From Eledone cirrhosa (taxonomy: Eukaryota), in contig OZ024743.1 in the NCBI GenBank assembly GCA_964016885.1, positions 128,092,001 to 128,156,000 on the forward strand: a stretch of DNA of 64,000 nt, read 5' to 3'. The position numbers and the translations under genes are program-made. Below, piece after piece: positions 52,790 to 64,000 of the stretch (positions are counted from its first letter, which is position 1; every line of letters starts with the position of its first letter). The notes under the pieces are model-generated. The model was given only the letters and a program-made list of their open reading frames with translations. It was not told the origin of the DNA and made no database searches.

Positions 52790-53640
52790 CATGTCCGAGG
52801 ACGTCTGATGTCTCGAAGGCGACACGTCTGAGGTCTCGAAGGCGACACGTCTGAGGTCTCGAAGGCGACACGTCTGAGGTCTCGAAGGCGACACGTCTGA
52901 GGTCTCGAAGGCGACCGGTGCAAAGAGAACAAGACTCTGTATTTGATTGACTTTCTGCTCTCTGCATTGTAGGCAGCGGTACCGAGGTTTGTAGCTGAGG
53001 CAACTAAGTTGGAAGCGGAGAACGTGTCACAGCATGTCGCTCCCTAGATGAGGGATTTACCTCCTTCGAAATAAAAGAGGATAATTTCTTTGGGGTGATT
53101 GCCGTCTTTACGGTTGAGGCCTGCGGGATCCAGTTTCGACGGGAAGCCGCCTGCGTCAAGGCTCCTTTTCATTATGTCGTTGATTGTTGCATGTTGGGTG
53201 AACCTGTCAGTTTTCTGGCAGCATGAAAGTGGGTGCAGTCCGAACTCGTCGACGACAGCTCCACAACGGCATTTGTGTGGTTCAAGGTACGTTGGATATT
53301 TGTATACTGGGGACGAAGGGGCCTTCGCTGGTCCTGTGGGCCAGAGCCTGTTCCAGTTCGTGTGTCGCATCAGGTTCTGCCGTCTTGCTGAGGACCTCGC
53401 TGATGAGGGTGCGACTGGAGGAGATTAAGGAGGGGTAGGCCGGCAGTGCCAGATCTGATGCGGATCGGAAACCGAGGCCACTGAACCTCACAGAGAGCTT
53501 CTCCGGTTGCCAGTCAGCGCTGTCGAAACTGACATTGCAGATGAGTTCCTCACTGCGTCGGATGGTGACATCGAGTTCATCGAGGTGATCTGCGAGAGGG
53601 TGACAAGGTGCCCCACGAAGAAATGTTCACAACAGTATGA
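52790..53640 (-). mobile_element. CRE-like non-LTR retrotransposon fragment
   Basis: GLGFRSASDLALPAY, CRCGAVVDEFGLHPLSC, LDPAGLNRKDG, VPVAFET. Confidence 0.8.
52801..52915. repeat. 23-bp minisatellite, five copies
   Basis: (ACGTCTGAGGTCTCGAAGGCGAC)x5, amplified from the CRE VAFETSDV codons. Confidence 0.9.
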
Positions 53641-54489
53641 AACGCAAAGCAGTATACCTATGACGTCGTTGCTGGAAATAGCTATGATGAAATCTAGAGG
53701 TATTTGAAGTTCAACTCAACTTAGCTTCGCTCTGTTCCCTTTTCTCTCTGACATTGGACAAGGGACTTTGGCTATTGATGCTTGACGTAGTAGTGGGCGC
53801 TGTTACAGCCAAGTTATAGCACACACGTGTTGCCAAAGCCACATCTCAACTTCCATTACCCTGTAATACAAACACATCACATTTCACAGTTTATTGTCCA
53901 ATTCTCCATATCATAACTTCTTTACACAGATACCACATAGTGTATAAACTTCTTTACACAGATACCATATAGTGTATAAACTTTGCTCGTTATAATTGTA
54001 TTTCTATAACGAAAACAACTTTAAGTTTACTGCATTGCTGATTCTTCTGCTGACAGAAATCATCCGACATTTTTCTCTGTTCACTTCATCAATATCAAAC
54101 TAAGGAGGTATGAACGAGATTTTGCCGAGGACTTATTTTGTGCTTACCAAGTGTTCTTAGGTATAACCCAATTTATCTAAATTAATTTCACTTCATTCAA
54201 ACAATTAAGTCCTCACGGCATACATATATTCAATCTTACATCATACATTTCCTTCTCACATAACCACCTGCTAAAAACTAAACATGTTTTATTTTCAGAT
54301 AATTTTTAATCAGTCCGTAGTAATTTCTTATTTTCACTTAAAACTACTTTTTTAAGAAATTCATTGTCATTTTGAATTTTGTCGAAAATTCTTAACCGTT
54401 CAGTAGAATATTTATTCTAGTTATCAGAAGGCCTTGACTGTGACATCTACCATATTGCCCCACTCATCTGATTACAAATTATTTATTAC

Positions 54490-54800
54490 AGAAAATACTC
54501 GTTCAACTGGTGCAGGAATAACTGAAAGACAAAGGGACATAGACATTAGAATTACCAAAGTCTGAACAAAATGCAGATCTGCCCAGAAAAATCAAAATAT
54601 CATTCTTCAGAACATCTGTTGAGTTGGTGTTGTATGGATCAGATACATTAAACCTGATACGAGAACTTGAAACTACATGGTACATACATTATAGAAATGT
54701 ATAAGGAGGGGGATTTTAATTGTTTTGAAGGTAACTGTGAGATAGATAAACACTTTCCAGGTGGCCGGGGTATCAAACTGGTTACACTGCATTGATTGAA
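54490..54800 (+). mobile_element. Old LINE RT C-terminal remnant
   Basis: LPRKIKISFFRTSVELVLYGSD resembles RTE-group thumb motifs. Confidence 0.5.
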
Positions 54801-54949
54801 TGACAATCGAACAAAGTAACTCCATGACAACAGGATTACTGAATTAGAGGAATATACAGGTAGAGGTACGTATTCAACTATTTTAGAATTAGAAACCTTC
54901 TTCTTCTTCATTTCTCATTCTCCTCCTCCTCCTCCTCTGCCTTGTTCCT

Positions 54950-56190
54950 TTTCTTTGCTCTTATTGCTGATAGGGTTGTGGGGGAAGAGTCCTCAAACAC
55001 TCCTTCCATCGGATCCTGTCAGAAGCAACGGTCTCCAACTGATCCAGCTAGATCCCCAAGCAAGACCAGCCAAGCTCATGGATGTTATCCAACCATCTTG
55101 TTCGGGGTCTACCCCTTGGTCTCCTGTTGGTTGCTTTTGCTCGTAAAATCTGTCCATGGATTCTTTCCTGAAACATTCTAACCATATGTCCATAGTATCG
55201 GAGTTATGATCTCTCAATTCGGAAAAGTGGCAGCTTCCCGAACTATGCAGTCTATCGAGTAAAGTTACTCCATAGACCCTTCGGACGAACCCCATTTCGG
55301 TCGCCTGTATACGAGATCGTATTCTTTCGGTCATTACCCAAAATTCATGACCATGGTTAAGGGTTGGCACGAATACCGAAGTGAAAAGTGTGAATTTGAC
55401 CTTTACATCCACACCCCGTCTTCTGAATGCTAAAGCTGGTGCATTACTGCACCAGCTCCTGCAATTCTTGCACTTAATTCAGTCTCCAGCATTTCATCAC
55501 TTCTGAACACGGCGCCAAGACACTTGGACCCCTCCACTTGCTTCAGTGGAAAACCTGTCACATGTAGAGTGCACTGTGCAGGGTTTCTTGGGAGGATGAG
55601 TGTCTCAGTCGTCGCAGCACTGATTTTCCTTCCTGCCAAGTGCATGTCAGAGGTCACATTCTGACAAGTTAAGTTTTACCACGTCGTCCGCAAAGTTCAG
55701 ACGACTGATCCTACACCTGCCAGTCATGATACCACTTCCAACCCGGCTGTGCATATAAATCCTGTCCATGAAGATTAACATCGGGAGAGGTGACAGTACA
55801 TACCCTTGGCGGAATCACATTGAATGGTTTCGACATAGCACCATTTATCTGAACACAAATACTAGGGCATTCATATAGAGACATCAGTGCAACAAGAAGC
55901 TGTTAATCGATCCCATACTCCTGCAGACCTTCCACAACAAGTCCCGTGGAACGATGTCGTATGCTTTTTCAAGCATTCACCTATTGGCAATACTCCCACG
56001 ATTTCTTGAAGACCTGCCGCAGTGTGAATATTTGGTCAGCCGAGCTACATCCAAGATGAAAACCATACAGTTCATCAGCTAGCTTTGACTGGACAATATC
56101 CCTACATCTCTTTGGTAGACACTTATCATAGACTTTACCGGGGAAGCTTAACAAAGAGATCCCTCAATAATTTAAGCATCTCTCTTGCCC
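54950..56190 (-). mobile_element. RTE-like LINE RT remnant
   Basis: FADDV near 55680-55695; FVPTLNHGHEFWVMTERIRSRIQATEMGFVRR in 54993..55412. Confidence 0.85.
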
Positions 56191-56783
56191 TTCTTTTCAA
56201 TGGATAAAAACAATTTACCATTTTTCTTCATACTTAAAATTTTGTTGCCCAAACTTCTGACTTAGAAGCCCAAAAGCTGCTTGCAATAACAACTTCATCA
56301 CATAATATATAATTACTACATGCTTTCCAATCATTTGGTTGATCTTAACTGCTGACTGCTCAACACTAAGCAAGATATGTCTCCAAGAATATAACCATCC
56401 AAGATCTTCCGCCAGTTCAACGTACTCTTTCCATTGGTCTAGCCATGGGAGATATCTATCATAAAAACCTTTAATTTCACCTTTTCCTTGGTTTCACAAT
56501 TTTTGTCAAGTTTTCTCAGCAAGGCTATCCCACCTTGAGACACAAATTCGTAGTTTTTCATTGTTCTATATTTGTTATCAGATTTTGCAGTTCTAGTCTG
56601 ATATCTGCTGCATTGGATTTGTCCTCTGGGAATAAAATGTGTTAGCTAATCACCGATATTTCAGTATGCAGGGTAGATCACTCGACGAAGTACGCAGTTA
56701 GGACTGTTAACTTTGGAGTATATGAACATATAAACATGAAGTATAAATCAACAGGTTAAAATTAACTTCGTTTATTCATAAAC

Positions 56784-56845
56784 GCTGTTTTATATATTTC
56801 GGTAATACCCGAACATAAGCAACAGTTATGACCTCATCAGACAGC
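56784..56845 (-). ncRNA. Type I hammerhead ribozyme, cleavage triplet mutated
   Basis: Reverse complement: GCTGT-CTGATGA-GGT..ACC-GAAA-TATATA-AA-ACAGC. Confidence 0.7.
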
Positions 56846-56959
56846 TAGAATTTGAACAGAAAAGTCGCAAGTCATTGATACTAATTATCTTTTTGAGAAT
56901 TTTTGACGGGAAGAAATACTCTCGGGTCTCGAATAATCGAATAATCGTAGTACTTTTTG

Positions 56960-57340
56960 GGGTTGAGTGCCTGTTGTTGCACTTCGGGCAAGTATTGTTT
57001 GAACACCAACCTTAGATGCACCCAATCATACAGATATTTGGCGCTGGGAATAGTCTTCCTTATGAAGAAGGATGATATTTGTACGTTTTTCGCTTGAAAT
57101 GGCAGCCATGTTAGTACTAAAAAATGTATTAAAGTGTTGACTCGGTGTGATATATATATATGAAAATACAACAAATAATGTGATTGGTTGACTTGTGTAC
57201 AATGATTGAAAAAGAAAAGTAAAGTGTGATGATATTTGCGCGCTTGTGTATGTGTATATTAAGATTGGTAATAATATGACAGCTAACATGCAGTTGGTCT
57301 CTAAATTATGCACAACTAAATTATGCACAACACACACACT
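56960..57340 (-). mobile_element. Tc1-like transposon 5' fragment
   Basis: MAAISSEKRTNIILLHKEDYSQRQIS..LGASKVGVQTIL..TG from 57109 resembles the Tc1 paired-like HTH. Confidence 0.6.
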
Positions 57341-57364
57341 ATATATATATATATATATATATAT

Positions 57365-57540
57365 AAATGCCTTCTACAAACTAGAACTGTTTCATTCGGT
57401 GGAAATCATCAGGGATTTCCTCCAAATGAAACAGTTCTAGTCTTGTAAAAGCCATTTTATATTAAATCTTTATACTCTGCTATGTATTGAGTACCTTACT
57501 TACTGTGGTTACCCCCGATTGAACACGGGATAAACATAGG
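57365..57540 (+). mobile_element. Fold-back PLE 3' end turning at the HHR core
   Basis: Left arm reverse complement CTGATGA-TTTCCACCGAAT-GAAACAGTTCTAG; right arm restarts inside it; relative at 12066-12112. Confidence 0.65.
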
Positions 57541-58050
57541 TATATATGAATGTATATATAGTGTATTTTGCAATACACTGTATGCTTAATAAAAAGCATT
57601 TTGAAGACCTTGTGCTATTGTTTTAGAGTAGTGACAGACTCACTTACTTTAATTTCAGCAAACAGGGGGAGATAAAGCTGACAAGGCCTTGTTTCTGCAT
57701 TTATTGATGCTTATCAAAGCCAACTACTCCTCCCGTCTGCTAAAATCCTGGATGTTTGGTTCTTATAGAATTCTAGTAAATAATCAGGAACTGATTATAC
57801 AGAGCGGTTGCCAGTCAAGCAGAAATTAAAAATTAGAATTGTTGCATCATTAAATGCAGAAACAAGGCCTTGTCAGCTTTATCTCCCCCTGTTTGCTGAA
57901 ATTAAAGTAAGTGAGTCTGTCACTACTCTAAAACAATAGCATAAGATCTTCAAAATGCTTTTTATTAAGCATACAGTGTATTGCAAAATACACTATATAT
58001 ACATTCATATATATATATAGCTATTTCAGAGCAATTCTAATTTTTTATAG
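57541..58050. mobile_element. Fold-back PLE 3' end (family L)
   Basis: Arms about 57541-57710 and 57844-58015 with GAAA-CAAGGCCTTG-TC-AGCT; relatives at 45645-45875 and 21158-21280. Confidence 0.8.
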
Positions 58051-58088
<38 letters not shown>

Positions 58089-58278
58089 GTAAATGAAAAC
58101 GATAACTTGTATACCTATATATATATATATACAAATAATGAATCAAAACACATCAAATATGTTTAGAATTTTGTCTTTCTTAATAAGCAAGATCAATAGA
58201 CTTTATCTAGAGCCATAATAACCAAATGAAGAGATATATGTATATATAGATAGAGAGAGCCATATATAGTTCTTTCTC

Positions 58279-59013
58279 TCTATATATATATAAAGATGAA
58301 GTTTTCTGTATGTGTGTGTGTGTGTGGACAATTTTTAAGAGGGCTCATACATTCTAAACCATTCATGCGATTTCTTTGAATTTTTTTACAGAGCTTCTCC
58401 TTGCACAAAACCTGTACATAATCTACAAAGGCTTTCAAAAATCGATATTGGGGCCTTTGGAGACATTAAAAAAGTTTCGGTTATTTGTGTCAATTTTCGT
58501 AATTAAGTAAGACAAGAGTTATCTTTAAGTAAGACACGAGTTATCTTTCGTAATTCGGCTCATTCGGATTTTAATTTACTCTTTGTACTTGAAACAAAAG
58601 GTACGCTTCCTTGAGACTAACAATATCATTTCAGAACCAGCAATTTCTAACAGATTACTAAGTTAAGTTATAGATTTGACATTGTATAATTTATCGTTTC
58701 AAGCTTGATGTTCATACATTAAGTGATGTCATAACTTTTACAATATTATGCTTTGTACATAATAGTATCTATTATTCACTTCACTTCTCTATTTCATCAT
58801 GCGCTTTTACTGTTGTCAAAAAAATTTATACCTAGACTGGATTTCTGTTGTTACATGGTATAACGGATGACACCGAGCTCACATATCAATTATTTCACTG
58901 GAATAGTGCCTAAGGTGTTCATGTTTACATAAAGTACGTTTTTCTTCTATGTATTCAAATTTGCTTTGTTTAGTTTAATGAGTTACATCGAAAGCTACGG
59001 GTAGTTTAGCTGG
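58279..59013 (+). mobile_element. Non-autonomous Helitron, degenerate
   Basis: 5' TCTATATATATATAAAG; 3' weak hairpin then CTGG|T. Confidence 0.5.
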
Positions 59014-59018
59014 TATAC

Positions 59019-59125
<107 letters not shown>

Positions 59126-59667
59126 TGTGTGTGTGTGTGATCCATAAATGTATTTATTATGTTTTAATATCTCTATGTGTGCATTGGTTGTGTATACATA
59201 GGGTTATTCTTTTAATAACTCTTGGTGGCCTCATATGATTTCCAGATATAAGGTATGACTCTCTTTATTATTATTATTTTTTATATGAAATACTGATTGA
59301 TCTTCCTTATATCCCATGTCTGATTTAGCCTTAGAGAATAGCTATGTGTGTATATGGCTGATCCATACTTGTATTTATTATGTTTTAATATCTCTATGTG
59401 TGAATTGGTTGTGTATACATATGGTTATTCTTTTAGTATCCAATTGAGTTCTTATACACGTGGTTAATACCTAACAGGTTTAAATGACCAGCGTGTATAT
59501 TGTTTTATTTTAAGATGACCTCCCCTTGCTCTCTTGGGGACAGCGTGTATTTTATCTTTGGGAGGACTGCTGGATTTTCTAATCTACAAGTCTCTTCCTA
59601 GCGCTGAGGGAGACCATCACCAATCTATTAATGTCGATATAATTCTTATATCGATATTATTTGGGCA

Positions 59668-59791
59668 TCCACTGATGAGTTTATAAGAGCCCGCTTGTGT
59701 ATAAAACTATGGATTATATACAAGTTTCTACACAACCTGGAAATTATTTATCCCAAATTGTAGAAATCTTATCACGAAACGGCCGTCTGGA
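59668..59791 (+). ncRNA. Type I hammerhead ribozyme with long stem II
   Basis: TCCA-CTGATGA-GTTTATAAGA..TCTTATCAC-GAAA-CGGCCG-TC-TGGA. Confidence 0.8.
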
Positions 59792-60033
59792 AGGAAAGAG
59801 ATATTTATTTAATAATGTCTCATATAAAATAATACAACCAGCTATTCACGGAATACTGATTAGTTAGCACCCAAACACTAAATTGGGAAAATACTTAGGT
59901 ATATCCTAATGTTTGAGTGAGATTGAGTTGGTGAGAGTATCGCTTAAGGCTTTCTCTGTTTATGTATTGTATATATATATATATATATATCAATGATATT
60001 AATAAATGGAAACTATCTTTATAAAACCATATT

Positions 60034-60094
60034 TATTTTATTATATATATTTCAAGGGTACCAAAATTTTGGTATGCTCTCATCAGATAAAATA
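60034..60094 (-). ncRNA. Type I hammerhead ribozyme (family E, left arm of palindrome 59991-60426)
   Basis: Same motif as 9750-9810. Confidence 0.85.
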
Positions 60095-60235
60095 CAAAAG
60101 TTGTTTTATAAATAGTGACATATCCAAAAAACAAGAATTTATCGTTTTAAGTTCTATTTGAATAGAACTTAACTAGAATTTAAAACGATAAGTTTTTGTT
60201 TTTTGGATATGTCACTATTTATAAAACTACTTTTG

Positions 60236-60296
60236 TATTTTATCTGATGAGCGCATACCAAAATTTTGGTACCCTTGAAATATATATAATAAAATA
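60236..60296 (+). ncRNA. Type I hammerhead ribozyme (family E, right arm)
   Basis: TATTTTAT-CTGATGA-GCGCATACCAAAATTTTGGTACCCTT-GAAA-TATATA-TA-ATAAAATA. Confidence 0.85.
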
Positions 60297-60538
60297 AATA
60301 TGGTTTTATAAAGATAGTTTCCATTTATTAATATCATTGATATTATACTCCAGGAGAAAATTGTAGAGTGCTTCGAATCTGTTATAAATTTGTTGAATAA
60401 CCAACAAATTAAATAATTCTTTGCTTATATATATATATATATATAACGAAGGAAATGTGGTAAGGAACCAGGTGGACCATAACGCACCAAAGTACTCAAA
60501 ATATTAATAAAGGAAGACGTTCACAAAATTAAAATATA

Positions 60539-60603
60539 TGTTTTATTATATATATTTCGGAGGTACTGTGCTGTTTTTCAGTACGTCCTCATCAGATAAA
60601 ACA
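60539..60603 (-). ncRNA. Type I hammerhead ribozyme
   Basis: Reverse complement: TGTTTTAT-CTGATGA-GGACGTACTG..CAGTACCTCC-GAAA-TATATA-TA-ATAAAACA; stem I covaries relative to other family B copies. Confidence 0.88.
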
Positions 60604-61857
60604 CATGAATTGATGTATGACATACCTCAACTGTCTTGATGGTTTAATTCCAGTCTTGGCAGTGATTTATTACAACAAAACTCAATATTTATATACCACA
60701 AGAAAAAATAACATGACAAACTAAATATGAAGAAGAGAGGGATGTGGAGCGAGATAAGAGGGATGTGGAGCGAGATATAAGTATCAAGAGGGGGTGGGTA
60801 TGAGAAAATATAAAAGAAATAATAAACACATAAGTACGTAGATGTTAAAATATTTAAATGCTTAAATATCCATGTTAGAGAAGAAATAGAAGAGAGAGAG
60901 TGCTAAATAGAAGAGAAGAGGGAAAAAAATAAAAAGATGAAGATAAAAAGAAGAAGAGGGAGATAAAAGAGAGGATGGAATAACTGCAACAGGAAAGAAA
61001 GAGGAATGGGACATGATGCGTGACAGTTGTTTTCAAATATTAAGTCAGGTAGAAGCAACCGATTAAATACCGTGAAATTTTTACTATCAATTGTATTTGG
61101 TTATGTTTGAGCAAAATTATACTAATATATTAAATCAAAATTAAACAATATAAAATATTTTCAATGATAATCAGAAGCATAGTTAAATTAATAAATATAT
61201 TCAATATTTTGTTACAAAATTCAAAATCAGAAACATTTTAACCTACCAATGAAGTTTACAAATATAGTAAATATGTATGAGTATATTTATCATAACTTAA
61301 TCGCATATCACCATCTGTATATGCATTTTATATAATGTTTAGAATTATAAACATTACAAACATTACAAACAGTTTAAATCAATAGTTGTCAATTACATAT
61401 AGGATTATTTAATAGTTATATTTACTCTTGAAAGTATTATTTCGAATCAACCAAATCTTACCACATGCAACAGTATAAATTATGTTACATATACATTATT
61501 AATCCATTTAGATAAAACGAAAATTATATACGATAAATGTAAACAGATGAACTCCGTAGAGCATATCTGATCATTTAAATTAGTTAAATGCTTTGAAAGC
61601 CAGGAGGTATTTCAAATCGCAAATTTAGAAAATTCAAGTTATACAAAGACGATTCTAAAATCGAACTAAAGGTATTTAGTCAATCATGCGATTAACTTAC
61701 TATTTAAAAGAACCAATATGCAATTTCATAAGGTAAGGTAAAAAATTATACATAATAACAACAGTAGCATTTCAAGAATTATTAATAAAAGTCAATATTT
61801 TTTTCTTTCACTCATTCATTGTTTTTTAGAAAATTTATATGATGCTTGAAATGTTTT

Positions 61858-62376
61858 TCAAAATTTATGGAAGCAAGTTGCAAATAACACGTTTTTCTTA
61901 TTAATTAAATTACCATAATTATTAATTATTAATAGAGTTTCCAAATTGCAAAGATTGCAGATTGGTGAGATGGAAGCGTTCCGATAGGATTCAGAGTTTT
62001 TAAGTTTAACCCAAGAAATTGAGTATTTTATATTTTTCTCTTTTAAAGACCATATTAATTGTGATAATAAAGTAGAAAGTTTTTTATCTGGATTAGAGAA
62101 AGAATGTTTATGATTGGAAAAGTGAAGTTTAAAGTTCGATGAAGTTGCACCTATGTAGTTATAAGTAATATTATTATTTGTTTTAATGGTACATTTATAT
62201 TCTAAATTTTTATCAAGGCAATTATTTTGTAAAGGGCATTCAGATTTCCTTCTACAGTTACAGTTCAATTCAATGCTATTTCCATAACCTAAACTGTTCG
62301 TATTATCATTGTTGATATTTCTAGGTGTTCTACTATATGTGTTTAAATTATTGTTATTCGCATTACCTACTGTATT

Positions 62377-62409
<33 letters not shown>

Positions 62410-62661
62410 GTTATTATCGCTAATTATATGTTGGTTTGAATTAAGAATTTTGCTATTAATGTTTGCAATATTTTGAGCAATATTCATAGTTGTTGAGTAA
62501 GAAAGTTTATCTGTGTGTCTATTGAAGATAGAGTAACACTTATGTGATCTAGGGAAACATTTATCTAAGGCTTTAAAAAATAAATGTGCTAAAGGTGTTT
62601 TAATAGCTAAAGACGCTGGTGGGGCATACCAAATAATAGATCTAGTTCTAATTTTTTCCAC
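61858..62661 (-). pseudogene. PLE linker plus GIY-YIG endonuclease, open over 267 aa
   Basis: IIWYAPP, CNCRRKSECPLQNNC, YKC..YIGATS, NHKHSF, LSQLIWSLK, CNLCNLE, CFH. Confidence 0.88.
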
Positions 62662-63110
62662 GATTTATTCTCCAAATTGTTATTTTTTATTTATATTTTT
62701 ACAGTCAGTTTTATTTTTATTATTATTATTATTATAAATATTGTGTTTATAATTACTATTATTTTTTTCTACATATTCAATATTATTTTTAGATCCTGCT
62801 TTATGTAACGCTTCATTATAGTATCCAGCTTTACTATTAAATTACGAGGTAATTATATTAGACCCCAACAATCATAATTAAAGCAACATACAGATGTTTA
62901 ATCACACCCTCCCCGATGGATTTTCATGAAGAAGCATGTACTTAAACCTCTATGATGATGATTCTTCTCATAAAATTAATTTGTTGGTAAAAAACATCGG
63001 TAAAAGACACCTCCACTGATTCTAGTGGGAAGTAATTTTTATTTTCGTGTGTTCTTAAAATAAAAAAATATATGATATTTATTCATACATAGTATATATT
63101 ATATTATTTA

Positions 63111-63688
63111 CTAGCAGTGGTACCCGGCGTTGCACGGGATAAGGTATTTTAGAACGCGGACCGCCAACAGACCTAATCGTGGAAAAACTGCATGCCTGGA
63201 AAATATGTAAAGAAAATAAACCGAATACTCTGATGGTTGGATAATCTTTGAGATTTTCCTCGATGAAGCAGAAAAAATGCAGGTTTTCACCTAATGCGGG
63301 CCCTAGGCCATAAAAAAGTTGGATTTTCTTTGCTCACGGTATGAAGAAGAGACTGACTAATACATAGTTACAATTTCAAGGAAATCAGTCTGGCGTAACG
63401 ACTCAAAAAAACCCTAAAAACCTGAAAAAACGCAATTTTTAAACTAAAGTTGAAACACACAGACATCCTCAGGGAAGTGACGTAATGCAGACAGTCAGAC
63501 ATACAGACAGATATTATAAGGGCACGACGTTATATGTATGTATCTATCTAAAAAGAGAAAGACTAAGAATTATAGAGAGATCACTAAATCGCCTAAAGTT
63601 TGAAAACGGTCGGTTGGGTGCTTCTTTAGTTTTAGGGATTCAAACTCACACACACACAGACAGACATCCTCAGTTTCATATATATAGA
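63111..63688 (-). mobile_element. Non-autonomous Helitron
   Basis: 5' TCTATATATATGAAACTGAGGATGTC; 3' hairpin CCCGTGCAACGCCGGG then CTAG|T, nearly the same as the end at 25403-25430. Confidence 0.8.
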
Positions 63689-64000
63689 TTATATACTAGC
63701 GGGTAAACAGATGATAATACAGGTAGAAGAAAAAAAAATGACTGTATTGGATGTTTGTCTGGTTTACAGTATGAGGCGAAACCGTAGTGTATGTGTTACA
63801 AAAAATAAATAAATAAACAGTAAAAAATATTCTAGATACACCAGATTATTCGTTTTACTGGTCGTGCATAGTACATGAAGATTTCTAGGTGTTGCCAGCC
63901 GTGAACAACCTATTACTAGTACATTTTATATCATCATCGAGAAAAATACCCAATTCGAGAACAGGTCATATTCGAGTTATGAAAAATAACGGGGAAGTAG

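Larger units (their letters stand above)
60500..62840 (-). mobile_element. Hydra-type PLE 3' part (family B-related)
   Basis: YYNEALHKAG thumb end, ORF 61858..62661, 1.25-kb AT-rich UTR, HHR. Confidence 0.88.

Noticed and set aside
52801-52915. CRISPR-like array or tandem mini-hammerheads
   Set aside because: No spacers; the CTGAGGT..GAAG core is non-canonical with no stems; explained as amplification of CRE coding sequence
53700-54490. Host exon in the least repetitive stretch
   Set aside because: No ORF with recognisable motifs or convincing splice pair; a short exon cannot be excluded without RNA-seq

Overview
Eukaryotic, gene-free, very AT- and microsatellite-rich DNA (probably an invertebrate; the SINE and repeat content suggest a coleoid cephalopod, which is inference). 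No host protein-coding gene is supported. Most six-frame ORFs are translations of (TA)n, (CA)n, (TACA)n or (ACT)n repeats. The window is a mosaic of decayed mobile elements separated by (TA)n tracts: many Penelope-like element (PLE) fragments (Hydra-, Neptune- and tentatively Naiad-like RT and GIY-YIG remnants), a decayed Rep/Pif1 Helitron plus non-autonomous Helitrons, RTE and CRE non-LTR fragments, three Nin-domain tRNA SINEs, a non-autonomous LTR element with a tRNA-Trp PBS, and a Tc1 fragment. The main hidden signal is at RNA level. About 30 type I hammerhead ribozyme (HHR) motifs, most with self-complementary stem III, lie at 3' ends of at least a dozen distinct families. More than 20 insertions have one architecture: (TA)n - inverted copy - forward copy - 3' tail - (TA)n. 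Turn-around points often lie inside the ribozyme, and many tails share an ACTC..GAGT hairpin about 40-65 nt from the (TA)n. The same architecture is shown by non-coding passengers: a 543-bp HHR unit and a roughly 270-bp multimeric unit carrying a tRNA cloverleaf. Coordinates were read by eye and may be off by a few bases.
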